Positions 22,906-36,106 of a stretch of 64,000 nucleotides of DNA are shown in pieces. This stretch comes from Zancudomyces culisetae HAW-14-8 (lineage: Eukaryota > Fungi > Kickxellomycota). The stretch lies in assembly GCA_052426225.1 (NCBI GenBank), contig JBNJNM010000015.1, forward strand, positions 1,178,001 to 1,242,000. Direction: 5' to 3'. How positions within the stretch are numbered: position 1 is the first letter of the stretch; the number at the start of each line of letters is the position of its first letter. The notes below the pieces were generated by a model that worked only from the letters and a program-made list of their open reading frames with translations, was not told the origin of the DNA and searched no databases. The translations under genes and the position numbers were made by a program.

Positions 22906-24007
22906 CTACCACACACTAGACCTAGCCATAAGTCACTTTAGCAATACGCATTAAATATGTACACTATTGGCCCCTTAGAAGTGAGAAATGATCACTTGGC
23001 TCCTGGAAGTTAAGTATACTGCTTTTTTTTTTTGATGACCGTATAGTGGTTTTGTTCTATAGGGCTGGAGTGAAAAGAAATTTTTTACGTTACAGTTAAA
23101 AGTAGCAAAAATGCGGCTATGCCATACCTGTGTGCAAGAAAATTAAAACTTGAGCAACTGTTTTGCCTCGAAGACTATATTCATGATGCTAGACAGCTGG
23201 ATACGTACATTTGATCGCCATGCTGCGAATATGCCTTGTAAAAAGAATTGGCACGCCCACAATGGGTGGGTGCTTTATATAGTAGTTGTGATCTACAAAA
23301 TTTTCGACTTTTGGTTTTATTTATCCAGATACATACTAGAATAACAGAGAAATACGCAAATTTCTGGATTGCTTGACCCTTGACGCATTTCAAACCACCA
23401 GCAATTAACTATTCTGGGATAAGCACACAAAGCCTTACCAATATTGAGCGAATTTTTCACATTAGCCCCTACTCATACGATTCCTTGTGCCTAGTACATC
23501 CAGTAGGGCGCCTATAAGCATTATGTAAAGAAAATTGCTTTTAACTAGTTTAATTCCCCAGTAATCTAGAACCTTAAGAACAAGTTTTGTCAAAGTCTAA
23601 TAGGTTATGATATTTGGAGAGGGTCGCATTATTAGCATAACAATGTTCTAGAAACATTTCAATGTATGAATAATTAAGCCTGGATAATTAATTATTGAAG
23701 TGAAATTACAATTCTTGTTTTTTTTTGGTGAGGTAAGGGGCTGAGCAAATGCGCTGAACATTTAATCGATATTATTTTATGCCACCTCTGTACCCATTGT
23801 TGTTAACAAGGTTAGTGGCAATATAATAATAATCTCAAGAGTCGAATTTAGCACAACCTCTCAAAGAATGTTACCACTTGAAGTAAGGTGATCACATATT
23901 AGTCGGAAACATAGTACAAAATAAACACCCTGAGACTGCGGAAGTTCGGTGTGGAAATGCGCGGCTGACATTCGGCATAAATCAAAATTGATTGTTCAAT
24001 ACCAATG

Positions 24008-24032
24008 TATATATATATATATATATATATAT
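24008..24032. repeat. (TA)n microsatellite
   Basis: About 12 perfect TA units. Confidence 0.9.
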
Positions 24033-24385
24033 TTGAGAAGAAGGGGTGTTTTATGTGTAGTATTATGGTCGTTATGTAATGAAATCCAAAGGGTTTCCCT
24101 TGGCCCATTGCATACATCACTTAAGCACTTCCAATCACTGAGTACCATATATCAGATACTTAATACTACATTTTCTCTTTTTTTCTGTCTCTGTCTTGTT
24201 CTTCTATCTTTTTTTATTCCATTTCACTACTTTTATACTTTCTTTCTCTATCCTCACTTATCTGCTGCATGAGCTTGCTCCTTCAACGAAATCACGTAGT
24301 GAATGATTTTTATTTGATTAAAAAGTAAAAACCATTCCAGAATAATAAAAAATAAGGATGAAATTAAATGATGCGTATAGAAACC

Positions 24386-25565
24386 TTAAAGAGCAGAGGC
24401 AAGGCACCAGTAATAACTTCAATAAGCTCGTTGGTAATGACAGCTTGACGACCACGGTTATAAATAAGAGTAAGCTTGTCAATAAGGTCGTTGGCATTAT
24501 AGATTTGTGGCATTCTCCATGGCAGTACGTTTGGCAGCCATCTCTGAGGCATGGCCTTCTACAATGGCCCAATAAATGTTGTTTGCAAACATAAATTCGT
24601 TGTAGTTTTCCAAAATTTCTTCAGAGACTTCATATGAAAGGAACTCTGGTGCTGCGGTGATGTGCTTAATATCGTAGTTCTTAATGGTCTCTGCTTCATA
24701 TGAGATGACAGTAATAAAGCGGTTGTAGACGATGTCTGCTACATCAAACTCCAACTGTGGATCTTGAAGAATCTCCGTGGCAATAGCAGAAGCCTCTTCA
24801 AATGATGGAATAACACTTCCGATATGTGTGAAGTGCTTAGCAACATTCATTGGTGCCATTCTGTTCATCTGTGCCTTTGCCTTGTCGCCAATGACTACCA
24901 CTTTCTCTTCTGGGTGTGTTCTTAGGTAGTTTCTTGTGTATCTGGAAACTGATGAATGAATACCACCACACAATCCCTTGTCTGAGGAAGAGATGACAAT
25001 AATCTTTTTCTTTGCCTCGGGTTCTTCGATCTTGGTCTGACTAACCAATTCTATTTCGATTTTATACTAAATGTTACAAAATGTAAAGACAAAAAACACA
25101 TTACGACAACTTACTGTTATTGACCATTCCGTATTCTCTTGCTGAATCCATAGCACGTTGAGCTCTTGATGTTTTTGTTGAGGCAATCATTTTCATGGAG
25201 TTAGTAATCTTGGAGATGTTTGAGATCGATTTCAATCGCAGCTGGACTATGGTATTGAAATTTGGATTATTATATATCAGTGACAAGATTACACGATTTC
25301 CATTTTCTCAGTGATGGGTATCGCAAGTATGTAATTTCAACAAAAAAAAAACAGAGATGTACTTACTATCCTTAAGGGTAGCCATTCCGCGTGCTTGAAC
25401 TCCCCTATTTTAAAAACAAGAAATCAAATTGAGATTAGGAAAAAAATCCTTACTGTAAATAGCCAACATTCTAAAAAGCATTTTATCGATTTCAAGTTAA
25501 TTTTAAATCATTTACAAAGATTGTGAGAACACTCCAGTGTTAAGCAAAGCCTTTGATCGAAGCAT
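24386..25565 (-). CDS. ATP3: Mitochondrial F1-ATP synthase gamma subunit; exons 25565-25516, 25404-25367, 25246-25115, 25050-(24386); frameshifted near the 3' end as assembled (possible pseudogene or sequence error)
   Basis: Presequence MLRSKALL...[62 protein letters not shown]. The conserved tail [32 protein letters not shown] lies in another frame after a premature TAA at 24497-24499. Confidence 0.92.
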
Positions 25566-26662
25566 GGTAGGAGCTGAATTTTGTTTCGTTTCTAAAATAA
25601 TCCCCTGTTAAATCGAGTGACTTAAAATCGTACTATTAAAAGTAGTTTCCAACGAAATATTTAATAAAAAAGCACTTTTAAAAAAAACAAAAATACGAAG
25701 CTCGAAGTGTTTTTTGTTAATGGCATTTGGGTGGATTTCCTCCCCCTCAATACTATCTACCTTGACAAAATGGGGGAATACGAAAAAATTTTTGTCCACT
25801 CATTTGCTTACATTTGCTGTTTCATCTGATTTTGTAATAAAAAATTTTTTGTTGTTGATAAAAGCAGAATTAGATAAAGAAATTCATTATGCTTTTATTT
25901 CCAATTTCAGTTTCAATTTCAATTCCAATTCAGCTATCCGGAAGGCAGCTAGTCAATGTTTTTATTTCAAACCCAATTTCCAAAACCCAAAAAAAGATAA
26001 AGCTAGAGTTCGGAGAAATGGCCAAGATAACCAGGAAATTTGCGCAAAAAAGTATAATATAAATATGTTTTTGCACTCTATACTGTTAATGGCAAGCTTG
26101 ACTAATAACAACCATTGAGTATGTCGGTTGTAAATATCCCCGTGGAATGAAGATAATAGTCAAAAGCAACCAAAATAAACTTTTCTCAGAAAGAAAAGCA
26201 AAGCCAAAATTTTAATTTATCTTGGCGCCACTACACCTCTATAGCATTATTTTTTGACAAAAATGTGTAAAGATGGCCAAAAGACAACTGGAATGTCACG
26301 GTGTTATGTATGCTTAGATAAAATATCAGTGCTTGGTATTGGTATGAAAAGATCATTTTAAAGCGCAATTTTGTTTTAATTGAGCTATTCACATGCTTAC
26401 TTGCGCCTTATTTTAGAAAGTAAAATGTTTATCTAGTACAAATATTTTAAAATCTACGAGAAAAAAAGCAAAATTGGGAATTAACATGGGAATAAACTAA
26501 AATTTAAAAAGTGTATTAACACGAAGGAATAGGTATATTACATTTCATTAAAACGTGAATAGCAAATATAAATTCTATTATTGTTAGAGATAAAATAAAT
26601 AATATACAAAAATAATTATTGTAATACATATATATATTTATAAAAATGATGCAAAAAAAATC

Positions 26663-26734
26663 GGTTGTGTGGTGTAATGGTTAGCACATAAGACTCTGAA
26701 TCTTGCGATCCGAGTTCGATTCTCGGCACGACCT
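26663..26734 (+). tRNA. tRNA-Gln (anticodon CTG), intronless
   Basis: Acceptor stem GGTTGTG/CACGACC, D-arm TGGTGTAATGGTTAGCAC, anticodon arm TAAGA-CTCTGAA-TCTTG, T-arm CCGAG-TTCGATT-CTCGG, downstream T runs as Pol III terminator. Confidence 0.95.
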
Positions 26735-27866
26735 CTCTTTTGCCTTTTATTTATTGTTTTTTAATATATCTTGTCTAGATTTCCTTCGAGTTTTATTTTT
26801 ACCTATACTATAGTTCTATTATAATCTGTAGCGCAACAGTTATGTTCTTTTTGTAGCGAATCAATTACATTTTGGACTAGAATACAACTACCAATGAGCG
26901 TTGGCTGTGGATAGTATCAAAGAGTATGTTGTATTAGCAAAGTGTAAAATGCAGAAAGGTCGGTGCACATAAACCAGATCAAATAATGAGAAGTGAAATC
27001 GAATTGCTTTTGTTTACAGAATATACTTTGTATTATGTATGCTCTTAATATGTAGTGAAAATCACATTTACTTGGCATTTATTATTATTCCAACTAATAA
27101 AAGTAGTAATAAATGATCATCTAACAACAGTACAATACTAACTGAACGATCTGAGACTAAATATGAGAGGCATAATTCATACCATTACAAATTCAGCAAT
27201 ACTCTGGACTCAAAAGTATATAAAGTTAAATACAGCACCTACTATTGTTACTGTATTCGACCGAAATAATTGATAGCACAAACCTAAACTGGTATGTTTG
27301 TAACCAAAGACTTTTTTCATTTTTTTTATTAAAAAAAAATACATCTTCCAACTACCTACTCGCCATAATGTATTTATGTAAACGTACAATAGCTCATATC
27401 ATCTTTTTTACAGGATGGTATCCCAATAATAGTAAAAATGATCTAAACTAATATTAAAAAACCTGCCAAGTTGAATCTTATCACTATAGTACATTTCTAA
27501 CATTTGGGTTGTTATATTGCCATTTCAGCGAGTGCAAATACTGGCTGTACCTCACTTAATTCTCGTACTATTTACAAAGTATCAGGTGGGTTCATTGAGA
27601 ATAGTGGTTCGGTGATACAGGAAAGCTAGAATGCACAGAGGCTTCTGGTGTTGATTTTTTTATTGCTTTTTATTATTACCTTTTACCCTTTCGTCGAATG
27701 GTGATTTGATCAATTTATTTTCTAATTTTTTGATAAATCCACTATAAGGAAAAAAATATCAAACCTAAACCTTTATTTCTAGACATATCTATACAAATCG
27801 CAAAAAAAATAAAAGAGCTGGTACCAAAATTCAACTTGGATCTGCTTTTACTTTGAACTTTACAAC

Positions 27867-28977
27867 ATGCTAAGACTAATCACTCGCATTAATAAATCTA
27901 AATTTTCCAGCAATGCGGAACCCTTGCAAAGAGGCTTCAAGATTTTAACAAAAAACTCGCAGGCTTCGGGTGCCGAATTCAAAGTGGATTTAAAAAAACT
28001 TTCAAAATTAAGAAAAGAAACTCAAATACAGGTCGGAAAAGCAAGAGAGGCACTATTTATCAGTAACAATGACTATGATAAAGCCTTGGAATGGATAAAA
28101 AGCCAGGAATTGGCGATGGGTGCTAAAAGAGCAGAGAAGATAAAGGATCGTGCAGTTGGTGCAAGTGTAATAACTACCTTTATTGATCAGAGTAGAGGTT
28201 TGGGTGCTATAATAAAGGTAAATAATATTCATTGGACTCGGTCCAAGACAGCCACAAATTTTATTAAAAGACAAAATACTGAAAAATAACGTTTTTGACT
28301 CGTAGATTTCATGTGAAACCGATTTTGTATCCAGAAACGAAACATTCCAGCAGCTGGCTACGAGAGTTTGCGAAGTCGCGGCAGGTATATCCAGTAAGCA
28401 GCTGGAAAAGGTAAACGTTGAGCAGGTACTTGAAAGCGAGCTCCCTGAAGAGGGCCTGAAGGTTAAAGAGCTTATCCAGCAAAACATTGGAAAACTGGGT
28501 GAAAATATAGTCCTGAAAGACGCGGCTGGAATAAATCTAGGAATTGAAGGAGAGGAAAGCCACAAAAAGGCAATAGCTGGATATGTGCACGGCGCTTCCG
28601 TACCAGGAGGAACCTCAGGTAAAATTGCCAGTCTTCTTGTATTGAATGTGGATGGTGAAAGTAAAGCAACCACTAACAACCCGGAGTTTACAAAGTTTTC
28701 AAAAAGATTGGCACAGCAGGTAGTTGGTTATAAACCACTGTTTATACAAGAGAAAGAATTCCAAGAAGCGCAAAGCAAGGTTGTAACCTCAAGCAGCGGG
28801 AAATGTAGTCAGATATTTTCCAATCCACTCGATAAGCAAACTGTTTTGCTGAATCAAGAATACATGTTTGGAGGGGAGGGAATAAGTACAGTTGAAGATG
28901 CTCTAAGCCTATCCGGAAAAGCTCAAAACATATCCTTGGCGATTGATTCTGTTGCGTGGTTTGACTCTGAAAGTTAA
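27867..28977 (+). CDS. TSF1: Mitochondrial translation elongation factor Ts; 2 exons 27867-28217, 28306-28977
   Basis: Presequence MLRLITRINKSKFS, UBA-like LSKLRKETQIQVGKAREAL...DYDKALEW, signature ISCETDFVSRNETF, IGKLGENI, IAGYVHG, KRLAQQVVG, LLNQEY. Confidence 0.92.
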
Positions 28978-29203
28978 GCTGTCCACAACCTGCTATATTA
29001 GAAACCATTGTTGGCACAAGAAACCTGGGAGAGGGATTGATGCAAGGAAATTCAGGAAAAGTAATACCGATTTTTCTACAAAATTTATTTTATCTGGTAT
29101 ATGGATAGCATGTTCTTTTAAAAAATATTTTTCCTCAATGAGCACAACACAAATAAAGATTAAAAATATACACATTTAATTAAAAGGAACTAGATTTTTG
29201 GAC

Positions 29204-31199
29204 TCAGTAGGCCTTTTGTTTTTTTGAAATATCATTAAATATTTCTGATAGTGGAATATCTTCGTCATCAAACGAGCTTTGGGATGATTTTTCGGATGAT
29301 GCATGATGGGTTCGGTTTTTAATTGTTCGTTTATGGATATTTGGCTTCCCAGGAATCAAAAATTTTGACGTTTTTTCAAGACGCTCGATTTTTTTAAGAA
29401 GCGTCGAGTCTGCAACAACAAAATCATCGTCACTATCAGTTCTGGAAGTAACACCACTCGAACACTGTTCAGATTCCTCGTGTTGGTCCTGAATCATATC
29501 TTGACGTATCTGAACGGAGGTGGAATACGAAGCTTCACTGAGTCTTGTTTTACTATCCGAATCTGCGGACTCAATGGCGCCGTACTTTTGGTGGTATTCG
29601 ATTGGTGGCCAATATACAGGTGGTGCTATAGTTTGTTTTTTTCGTGGAAAAGGGTGTTAGTGTTGAACTTGGAAAATATAGCTATATATATCCAATAAAG
29701 CAGCACAAAAAAGGTGGCTATTTGAACATGAGCTACCACCATCAGATTGATTAAACTTAATGGTCTTACAAATATCGCTACGAATCTCAAAGCAATCACC
29801 AGGTCCTGATATCGCGAAGGGGATAAATATATTTGCTATCTTATTTCCAAAAACGCTCTTTATATTCTTGATGAATCCCAGGTCGTAAGGATAAACGCAC
29901 TAGGTTAATGGATACACAAATTTTCATTAAGCTCAAAGCCTGATAGTATTAAAAGAGTAGAATAAATCTGGAAATATATACGGTTATCGATATCACTCTA
30001 AAGTCAAAGCACTAAAAGAATCGACATATAAGAGGTAAAAAAAACTCTGAAAAAAAGTGATAGCTGGAAATGATACTTACGTTCTGGACGAATCCCTTTT
30101 TCATGAGCTTTTTTACGCGCTTTTTCTCACATCTCTCGATGGTCGTTGTGTTGTTAGAAATAAGATATAGTTGATACACAAACATTGCACCAACAGAGAA
30201 AAAGAGAAGACCCATAAGTGAAATGTTTATAATTAGAAATGACACCTCTGTCTGTGTAGGCTGTCTACTCTATTATCAATTTAAAAAAACACACACACAA
30301 ACACAAGTTTAGCTGTTTAAAGTTAGCGTATAAACGTAATATTCAATATTTTGAGCGAGTAAATGAGTAGATAAATAAATACGTATTAACTCTTACATAA
30401 AACGTTCCGTGTACTGCATCAATCAACAGATCGTAGAGACGACAAAGATGAAGACAGAGGCAATATACAATTGCTAGCATAGAGCTAGATAAAAGCCTGA
30501 TAAAGTGGCCCTGATTATAATATCCAACACAGTTGTCAATCCAGGGACCTAAATACCATCAATTTAGTAGTAGTGTAAAATATATGCTAAAAAACAAACT
30601 CAGCGACTGTAAGTATAACATATGTGTTTTATTGGGAAAGATAACTTACAATGATGATCCATTTTCAATACACATTTGTTACAATATTTACAATGATGGG
30701 ATCTTGGTGGTTTAAATCCTTTGCAGGTCCTACAATAACGCGGCTTTTTTGTGTGCCTTTTCAGTTCATAAACGTTTACGCCAGATATTGGTGGTTCCTA
30801 TTATCATTATCAATATCGTTGTATTGAAGTTATAGTTGTTTTTGTCGTTGCTTGGCAGTAAAATGATCAAGGGTACTATCCATATTTAAAACTTAATTTA
30901 TATAGAGAGAGTCAAAAAGAGAAAAAGCAAGTGAATATACATACCCAACCTATTGGTACTATTCCTGGCGAAGTATTTACAGCAAACTGAAAATTTATGA
31001 GCACATATAGTACAATCGTGTTGAAAACGCCCAACACAATAAAGGAATTGACATGGTGGTCCTTAAGATATCCAACAAATACAAAGTACTGGCTCGTAAT
31101 TGTAGCAAATAGTGCAGTTGAATATACTGAAATTACGTACAATTGCCCTGAGGTAAAGAATCCACAAATTTTCTCCTGTTCATTCTCCTCGTTCACCAT
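29204..31199 (-). CDS. PFA4: DHHC palmitoyltransferase (Pfa4/ZDHHC6 type); 6 exons 31199-30945, 30797-30650, 30548-30397, 30269-30081, 29899-29770, 29625-29204
   Basis: [10 protein letters not shown]|[33 protein letters not shown]|[46 protein letters not shown]. All splice phases consistent. Confidence 0.88.
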
Positions 31200-33496
31200 T
31201 TGAAACTAGTGTGAAGTGTTGGTTTATTACCGGGATGATTCGATATATCGTATCGGATGAGTGCTTAACTCGTAATAATTACAAATAAAAAGGGCTAGCG
31301 AGATTCTGTTGCTTATGGGCTTTCAACACAAACAAAAGGGATTTTGAAATTAGCAGATATAAATGACAAGGCCGCGGTTGTCCAGAAACGTGTTTTATTG
31401 GTCCAACAAATACCTGAATTTTTCAATTGTAATTCTTGCAAGCTGCAACTAGGGTTTTACAAAAATCCATTTTATCAGCCACCAAGAAGAATGTTGGTAA
31501 TTAAAACATGGCTTGTGGAAATGAAATAATAACCTGGAAAGCACATATTACTGTGATTCTTTTTGTTAAACAGGCTATTTTTTGCAAAAGAAAGAGTGAT
31601 AGGAAAAGCACAAAGACCACAAACCGTGAGAAAGAGGCAGATATCAACCATATTAAAAATTCATCATGGTCCTGATAAAGATTGCTGGTATAGTGATGCT
31701 GTTTATTGAATATGTCATAGAGATACTTGAGTTTTTATAATACCTCAAATTTCCAAAACACCATGTATATACTGTTCTTCATTAGGTTAGCAATTTATGC
31801 AGATAGCGTTGGGTTAAATATGGATCATATAAGGAATAGAACCATATTTGGCTTTATTAAATTGGAAATCTAGTTTAATAATATGAGCAGCAGAAGTGAG
31901 GTATCAACATTGAGAAACGTGGGAAAACATGTTCCAGTAAACCGGTTGCGCTTTGCTTTAGAACATGTATCTTTTCCAAGCTTTACACCCCTACATTTGC
32001 GCATATCAACCAAGAGCCGAAATAATTGCAATCAGCTGATTCCTCCTGATCAAAATTATCACACCACTTTAGAATAGATATTAATCGAGGATAATTGCAA
32101 ACATTTCTTTGATAGTATTCCTGCAAAGCTATTTTTTTTTTATAGTGAGGAGCGATACTATTTCTACATGAAGAATTTACTAGAATACATCATTTCATCG
32201 ATAACGATGCACTTGTTCATAATATACTTAGTAGAACCGCCAACCGCTTTTGTTTCTAACATAGTGACTGGGTACCACAAGAAAAAACTAGCGATTTAAA
32301 ATGCGGCAAGGCTTGTCAAAAATGCGCCACCAAAAAGTAGATAGAGCGTTAAAAATACATCTCTGTAGATGCAGGTAGTGTAACGTCGACGCTCTTCAAA
32401 TACCAACCATAGGTGCTATCGATTCGACTTGCAAAATGTGATTCCACTCCTTCATAAAACGCAAAACTCTCTGTTTGTCTCGAAACTGCTTAATGAGAGC
32501 CAGAACATATCAGGTTTGGTTGAATTTCCATCCATTGGTTACAGTGGAGCCGAGTTTTTTTCTCAGGCTGATGATATGAGGTACTATAGAATAACATTTT
32601 TAGAGACTGGTAATAAAGATTTAATATATTGGTAATAATACTGGCAATAATGTACAATTATTGGTAATTTTTTATAATGTCTTTTATTGTGTGCAAATTT
32701 TTATCATATGGAAAAAGATCGCTAATTTTAGCAAAGTAGCTTGGTTTTGGACCAACAAATTTAGGTAAAAACACAAACACTAGATTAAAAAAGCTTATCT
32801 TAATTGGGTAATCATCAACCAAACTAACAAATTTATACAGGGTGAATCAAAAAAGCAAAATGGCTGGTTAATTACAATGGTGTGCCTTGTTTTATCGAAT
32901 GTTGACTAAATTGTCACGCTTTGTCTTAGCGCAAGCCCATTAAAGTTGCATTTCAAATTCATTGTATATTATTTTTGTTCTCGCTTAAGCAGATTGGCTG
33001 GTTTGAGCCAGCGGCAAATATGTGTTAGTTTTCTTTTTTATTTTTCGTACTTTAAGAGCTGAGTCAGTTCTTTTACTTTATTTGTGGACCTTTTAAATAT
33101 TGATATGTTTGGTAAAGTCATATGGAGAAAAAAAAATTTAACTGACAAACTCCCATTTTATAGCAAAAAAATTTTTTTTTCCTCGGTAACAGCAGGTTTT
33201 TTGTTCTTGTTTTGCCTGTTTTGCCTGATTTGTCTGTTCTCTTGCGTGTATTGAACATGAGCTTTTTTATTTTGGGTATCATTTTAAAGTTATGATTAAA
33301 TGCAAAACAGTTTTGTTGATAAAAAAAAATTTGAAAAAGTCTCTAACATGACAGATCATAAGGTTTATAAGACAATGTGAAAAGTAGGTCTTTTATTTTT
33401 GCTCAGTTAATTGTTAAATATCACTAGAATTAATATAATATTAATCATTAAATTATAACAAAAAAGACGAAGGCTGGTAAGAGCAGACAGAAAAAA

Positions 33497-34756
33497 ATGA
33501 GCAGTCAATCTGTTGAGTCAAAGGCCAACGAAGTTCAGGAGCCAAAGCCTGATACCAAGTATTCCTGGTTTGTGTGCGCCTGTGCCTTTTTGTGTCTCAT
33601 GCTTACACTTGGAACTAACACCTCTTTTGGTGTATATCAAGTATATTACATTGATACAAAGTTTCCCGATAAAAGCCCAAGCACAATCTCGTGGATAGGA
33701 TCTATTACTGTTGCAATGATGTTGTTTTCAGGTATCATTGCGGGCAAATTGAATGCTCTATTCGGGTATAGAATCACAGCATGGATTGGGTGTTTATTCT
33801 CTATTGTGGGGCTAGTTTCAGCTTCCTTCTGTGACTCAGTTGGAACACTGATGGTGACACAGGGAGTAATTCTAGGAATTGGAAATGGCTTGATCTATAT
33901 TACGTCTGTCTCAATTACAGCAATGTGGTTCGAAAAGTACCGTGGGGTAGCACTAGGAATCATATTTGCAGGTTCTGGAGTTGGCGGCATCGTACTCACC
34001 AACATTGTGAGCGCAATTCTAAAAAGTCTAGGCTATAAATGGGCGTTGAGAATCTGTGCAGTTTTCTTTGTTGTCATTGTGGGGCTATCAGCACTTTCCT
34101 ACAAACCCCGTGTACCTATATCAAAGAATGTAAACATTATCGATCTTAGCGGCATAAAGGATTTTATTTTTATTTCCAGTTCGCTATGTGGATTTATAGG
34201 AAATCTGGGATTCATTGTCCCTATCTATTTTTTGCCTCCTGACGCAATTTCCTTGGGTGCATCAGACTCACAGGCAACGCTGATATCCACCCTATTCAAT
34301 GTAGGGCTTTTGATAGGGGGTGTAGTGTTGGGAGCTGCTGTAGATATTGCAGGGCCTTTAAACACATTCCTGGTATCGACATTCCTATCAGGCTTCTTCC
34401 AGCTACTTTTGTGGATTATATTCCCAAGCGTCTCCTCCTTCTTTGCACTCACATTTTTGTATGGCTTCTTTTTATCAGGGTTCCTTGCAAATTGTATCGC
34501 GGTAATAGGAAAGTATTTTGCGCCAGAAAGAATTCCAGCTTTGAATGGATCCTACTTCTTGATATGTGCTGTTTCACTTATTGTATCTAATTTTGCCATC
34601 TCTGCACTGATATCCGAGAAGCCAAATGGTGACACAGACTATAAAAAGACAGTTATTTTGTCAAGTATGGGATATATGGTTGGTGCTCTTTGTCTTATTC
34701 CAGGCATACTTGTCGCTAGATCCAGACTCAAGGGCGAAAGTTCATGGAGATTCTAA
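33497..34756 (+). CDS. MFS transporter, monocarboxylate porter (MCT/Mch) family, 12 TM
   Basis: PDTKYSWFVCACAF, SFGVYQVYY, ISWIGSI, QGVILGIGNG, WFEKYRGVALGIIFAGSGVGG, GYKWALRI. Confidence 0.9.
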   Translation: MSSQSVESKANEVQEPKPDTKYSWFVCACAFLCLMLTLGTNTSFGVYQVYYIDTKFPDKSPSTISWIGSITVAMMLFSGIIAGKLNALFGYRITAWIGCLFSIVGLVSASFCDSVGTLMVTQGVILGIGNGLIYITSVSITAMWFEKYRGVALGIIFAGSGVGGIVLTNIVSAILKSLGYKWALRICAVFFVVIVGLSALSYKPRVPISKNVNIIDLSGIKDFIFISSSLCGFIGNLGFIVPIYFLPPDAISLGASDSQATLISTLFNVGLLIGGVVLGAAVDIAGPLNTFLVSTFLSGFFQLLLWIIFPSVSSFFALTFLYGFFLSGFLANCIAVIGKYFAPERIPALNGSYFLICAVSLIVSNFAISALISEKPNGDTDYKKTVILSSMGYMVGALCLIPGILVARSRLKGESSWRF

Positions 34757-35177
34757 ATAGATTTAGTTATTTTTTGCAATATAGATATATCATGTTACTA
34801 TTTACAATATTGGACAGATATATGCGTCATTATTTTCATAAACTGATTATTTAAAATCAAGTAAAAAAAGAAAAAAGAAAAACTTTTTCTGTTCCCAACT
34901 CGCTTTTCACTAGTAAAAAATTACAAGAAAAAATGAGTTATTCATTAACGGAATAGAGTTCGCATAGTTGTAACTTTAAAGTTGAATTTCCTTGTTCAAT
35001 TAATTTTTGTGCTATTGATTGTCGATCCGAATTCATTAGCTTGACGAAAGAAAATATTGATTTTCGAAATTTTTACATGATACTGATAAAATAGGTCATA
35101 TCAACCTGAACCTAGTTTTTGAATTTTTTTTTAAAACATTTTATATCAATACAACTTTAAGAGAGCAGGAAAAGAGA

Positions 35178-35768
35178 ATGACAAAAAAAATAGTGGTAAT
35201 GATTTCTGGAAATGGGTCAAATCTCCAGGCAATCATTGACTTTATCAAAGGCGGTGAAGTTGATGCCGAAATTGTTAGGGTTATTTCGAACAAGTCGAAT
35301 GCATATGGACTAGAAAGAGCAAAGAATGCAGGAATTCCAACACATGTGCAAACCCTTAAATCCTTCAAAGATAGAGGTCTAGATCGCGAAGTATTTAATA
35401 AAGAACTTGCACAGTATGTTGCGGATTTAAACCCTGATTTGATAGTTCTGGCAGGATGGATGCTAATTTTATCAGAATCGTTCGTCAATAGATTTGTAAA
35501 TAAAATCATAAATCTACACCCCTCACTTCCAGGTGATATTGTGGGTGCAAACGCAATAGATAATGCATATGCCGAATTTAAAGCAGGAAACCGAACAAAG
35601 ACGGGCGTGATGGTGCATTATGTGATTCCAGCCGTCGATGAGGGAAAACCGATCTTGGCCAGAGAGGTTCCTATTCTACCTGAAGATTCTATTGAGGATT
35701 TGGAGAACAGAATCCATCAGGCAGAGCACCAGCTTTTACCATTGGCTATCAAACAATTGTTGGGGTAA
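35178..35768 (+). CDS. ADE8: Phosphoribosylglycinamide formyltransferase (GAR transformylase)
   Basis: IVVMISGNGSNLQAIID, VISNKSNAYGLERA, LIVLAGWMLIL, IINLHPSLP, TGVMVHYVIPAVDEGKPI, RIHQAEH. Confidence 0.96.
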   Translation: MTKKIVVMISGNGSNLQAIIDFIKGGEVDAEIVRVISNKSNAYGLERAKNAGIPTHVQTLKSFKDRGLDREVFNKELAQYVADLNPDLIVLAGWMLILSESFVNRFVNKIINLHPSLPGDIVGANAIDNAYAEFKAGNRTKTGVMVHYVIPAVDEGKPILAREVPILPEDSIEDLENRIHQAEHQLLPLAIKQLLG

Positions 35769-36106
35769 TACAGGTATTCCTCCCCTCCTCTAGAATATAT
35801 ATAATAATGTAAATAATCATAGTGGTTGTAAATTATAGTCGGCAAGGTACAGGCAGATAATCAATGTACATGGTTGTAGTGCTCATGTTTACCTTTCTCT
35901 CTCTATTTTATTGTTTTTCTTGTTGCTACTACTACGCTAAATGAAACGCGATACACACTCTCTAACACAATAAAGCTAGCTATAATCAACTCCTATTGTG
36001 GATTCAAGTTGAATAGTACTTTAGATATTCCATTTCTTGTTCATTCCAGCTTATAAAACGAGCAAGGCGTAAAAACGAAATAAATAAAAACACCTCTTCT
36101 TTGCTT

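Noticed and set aside
24497-24530. A tiny intron rescuing the ATP3 frameshift
   Set aside because: No GT...AG pair spans the extra bases without deleting conserved residues; the nearest candidate (GTACTGCCATGGAG) is only 14 nt.
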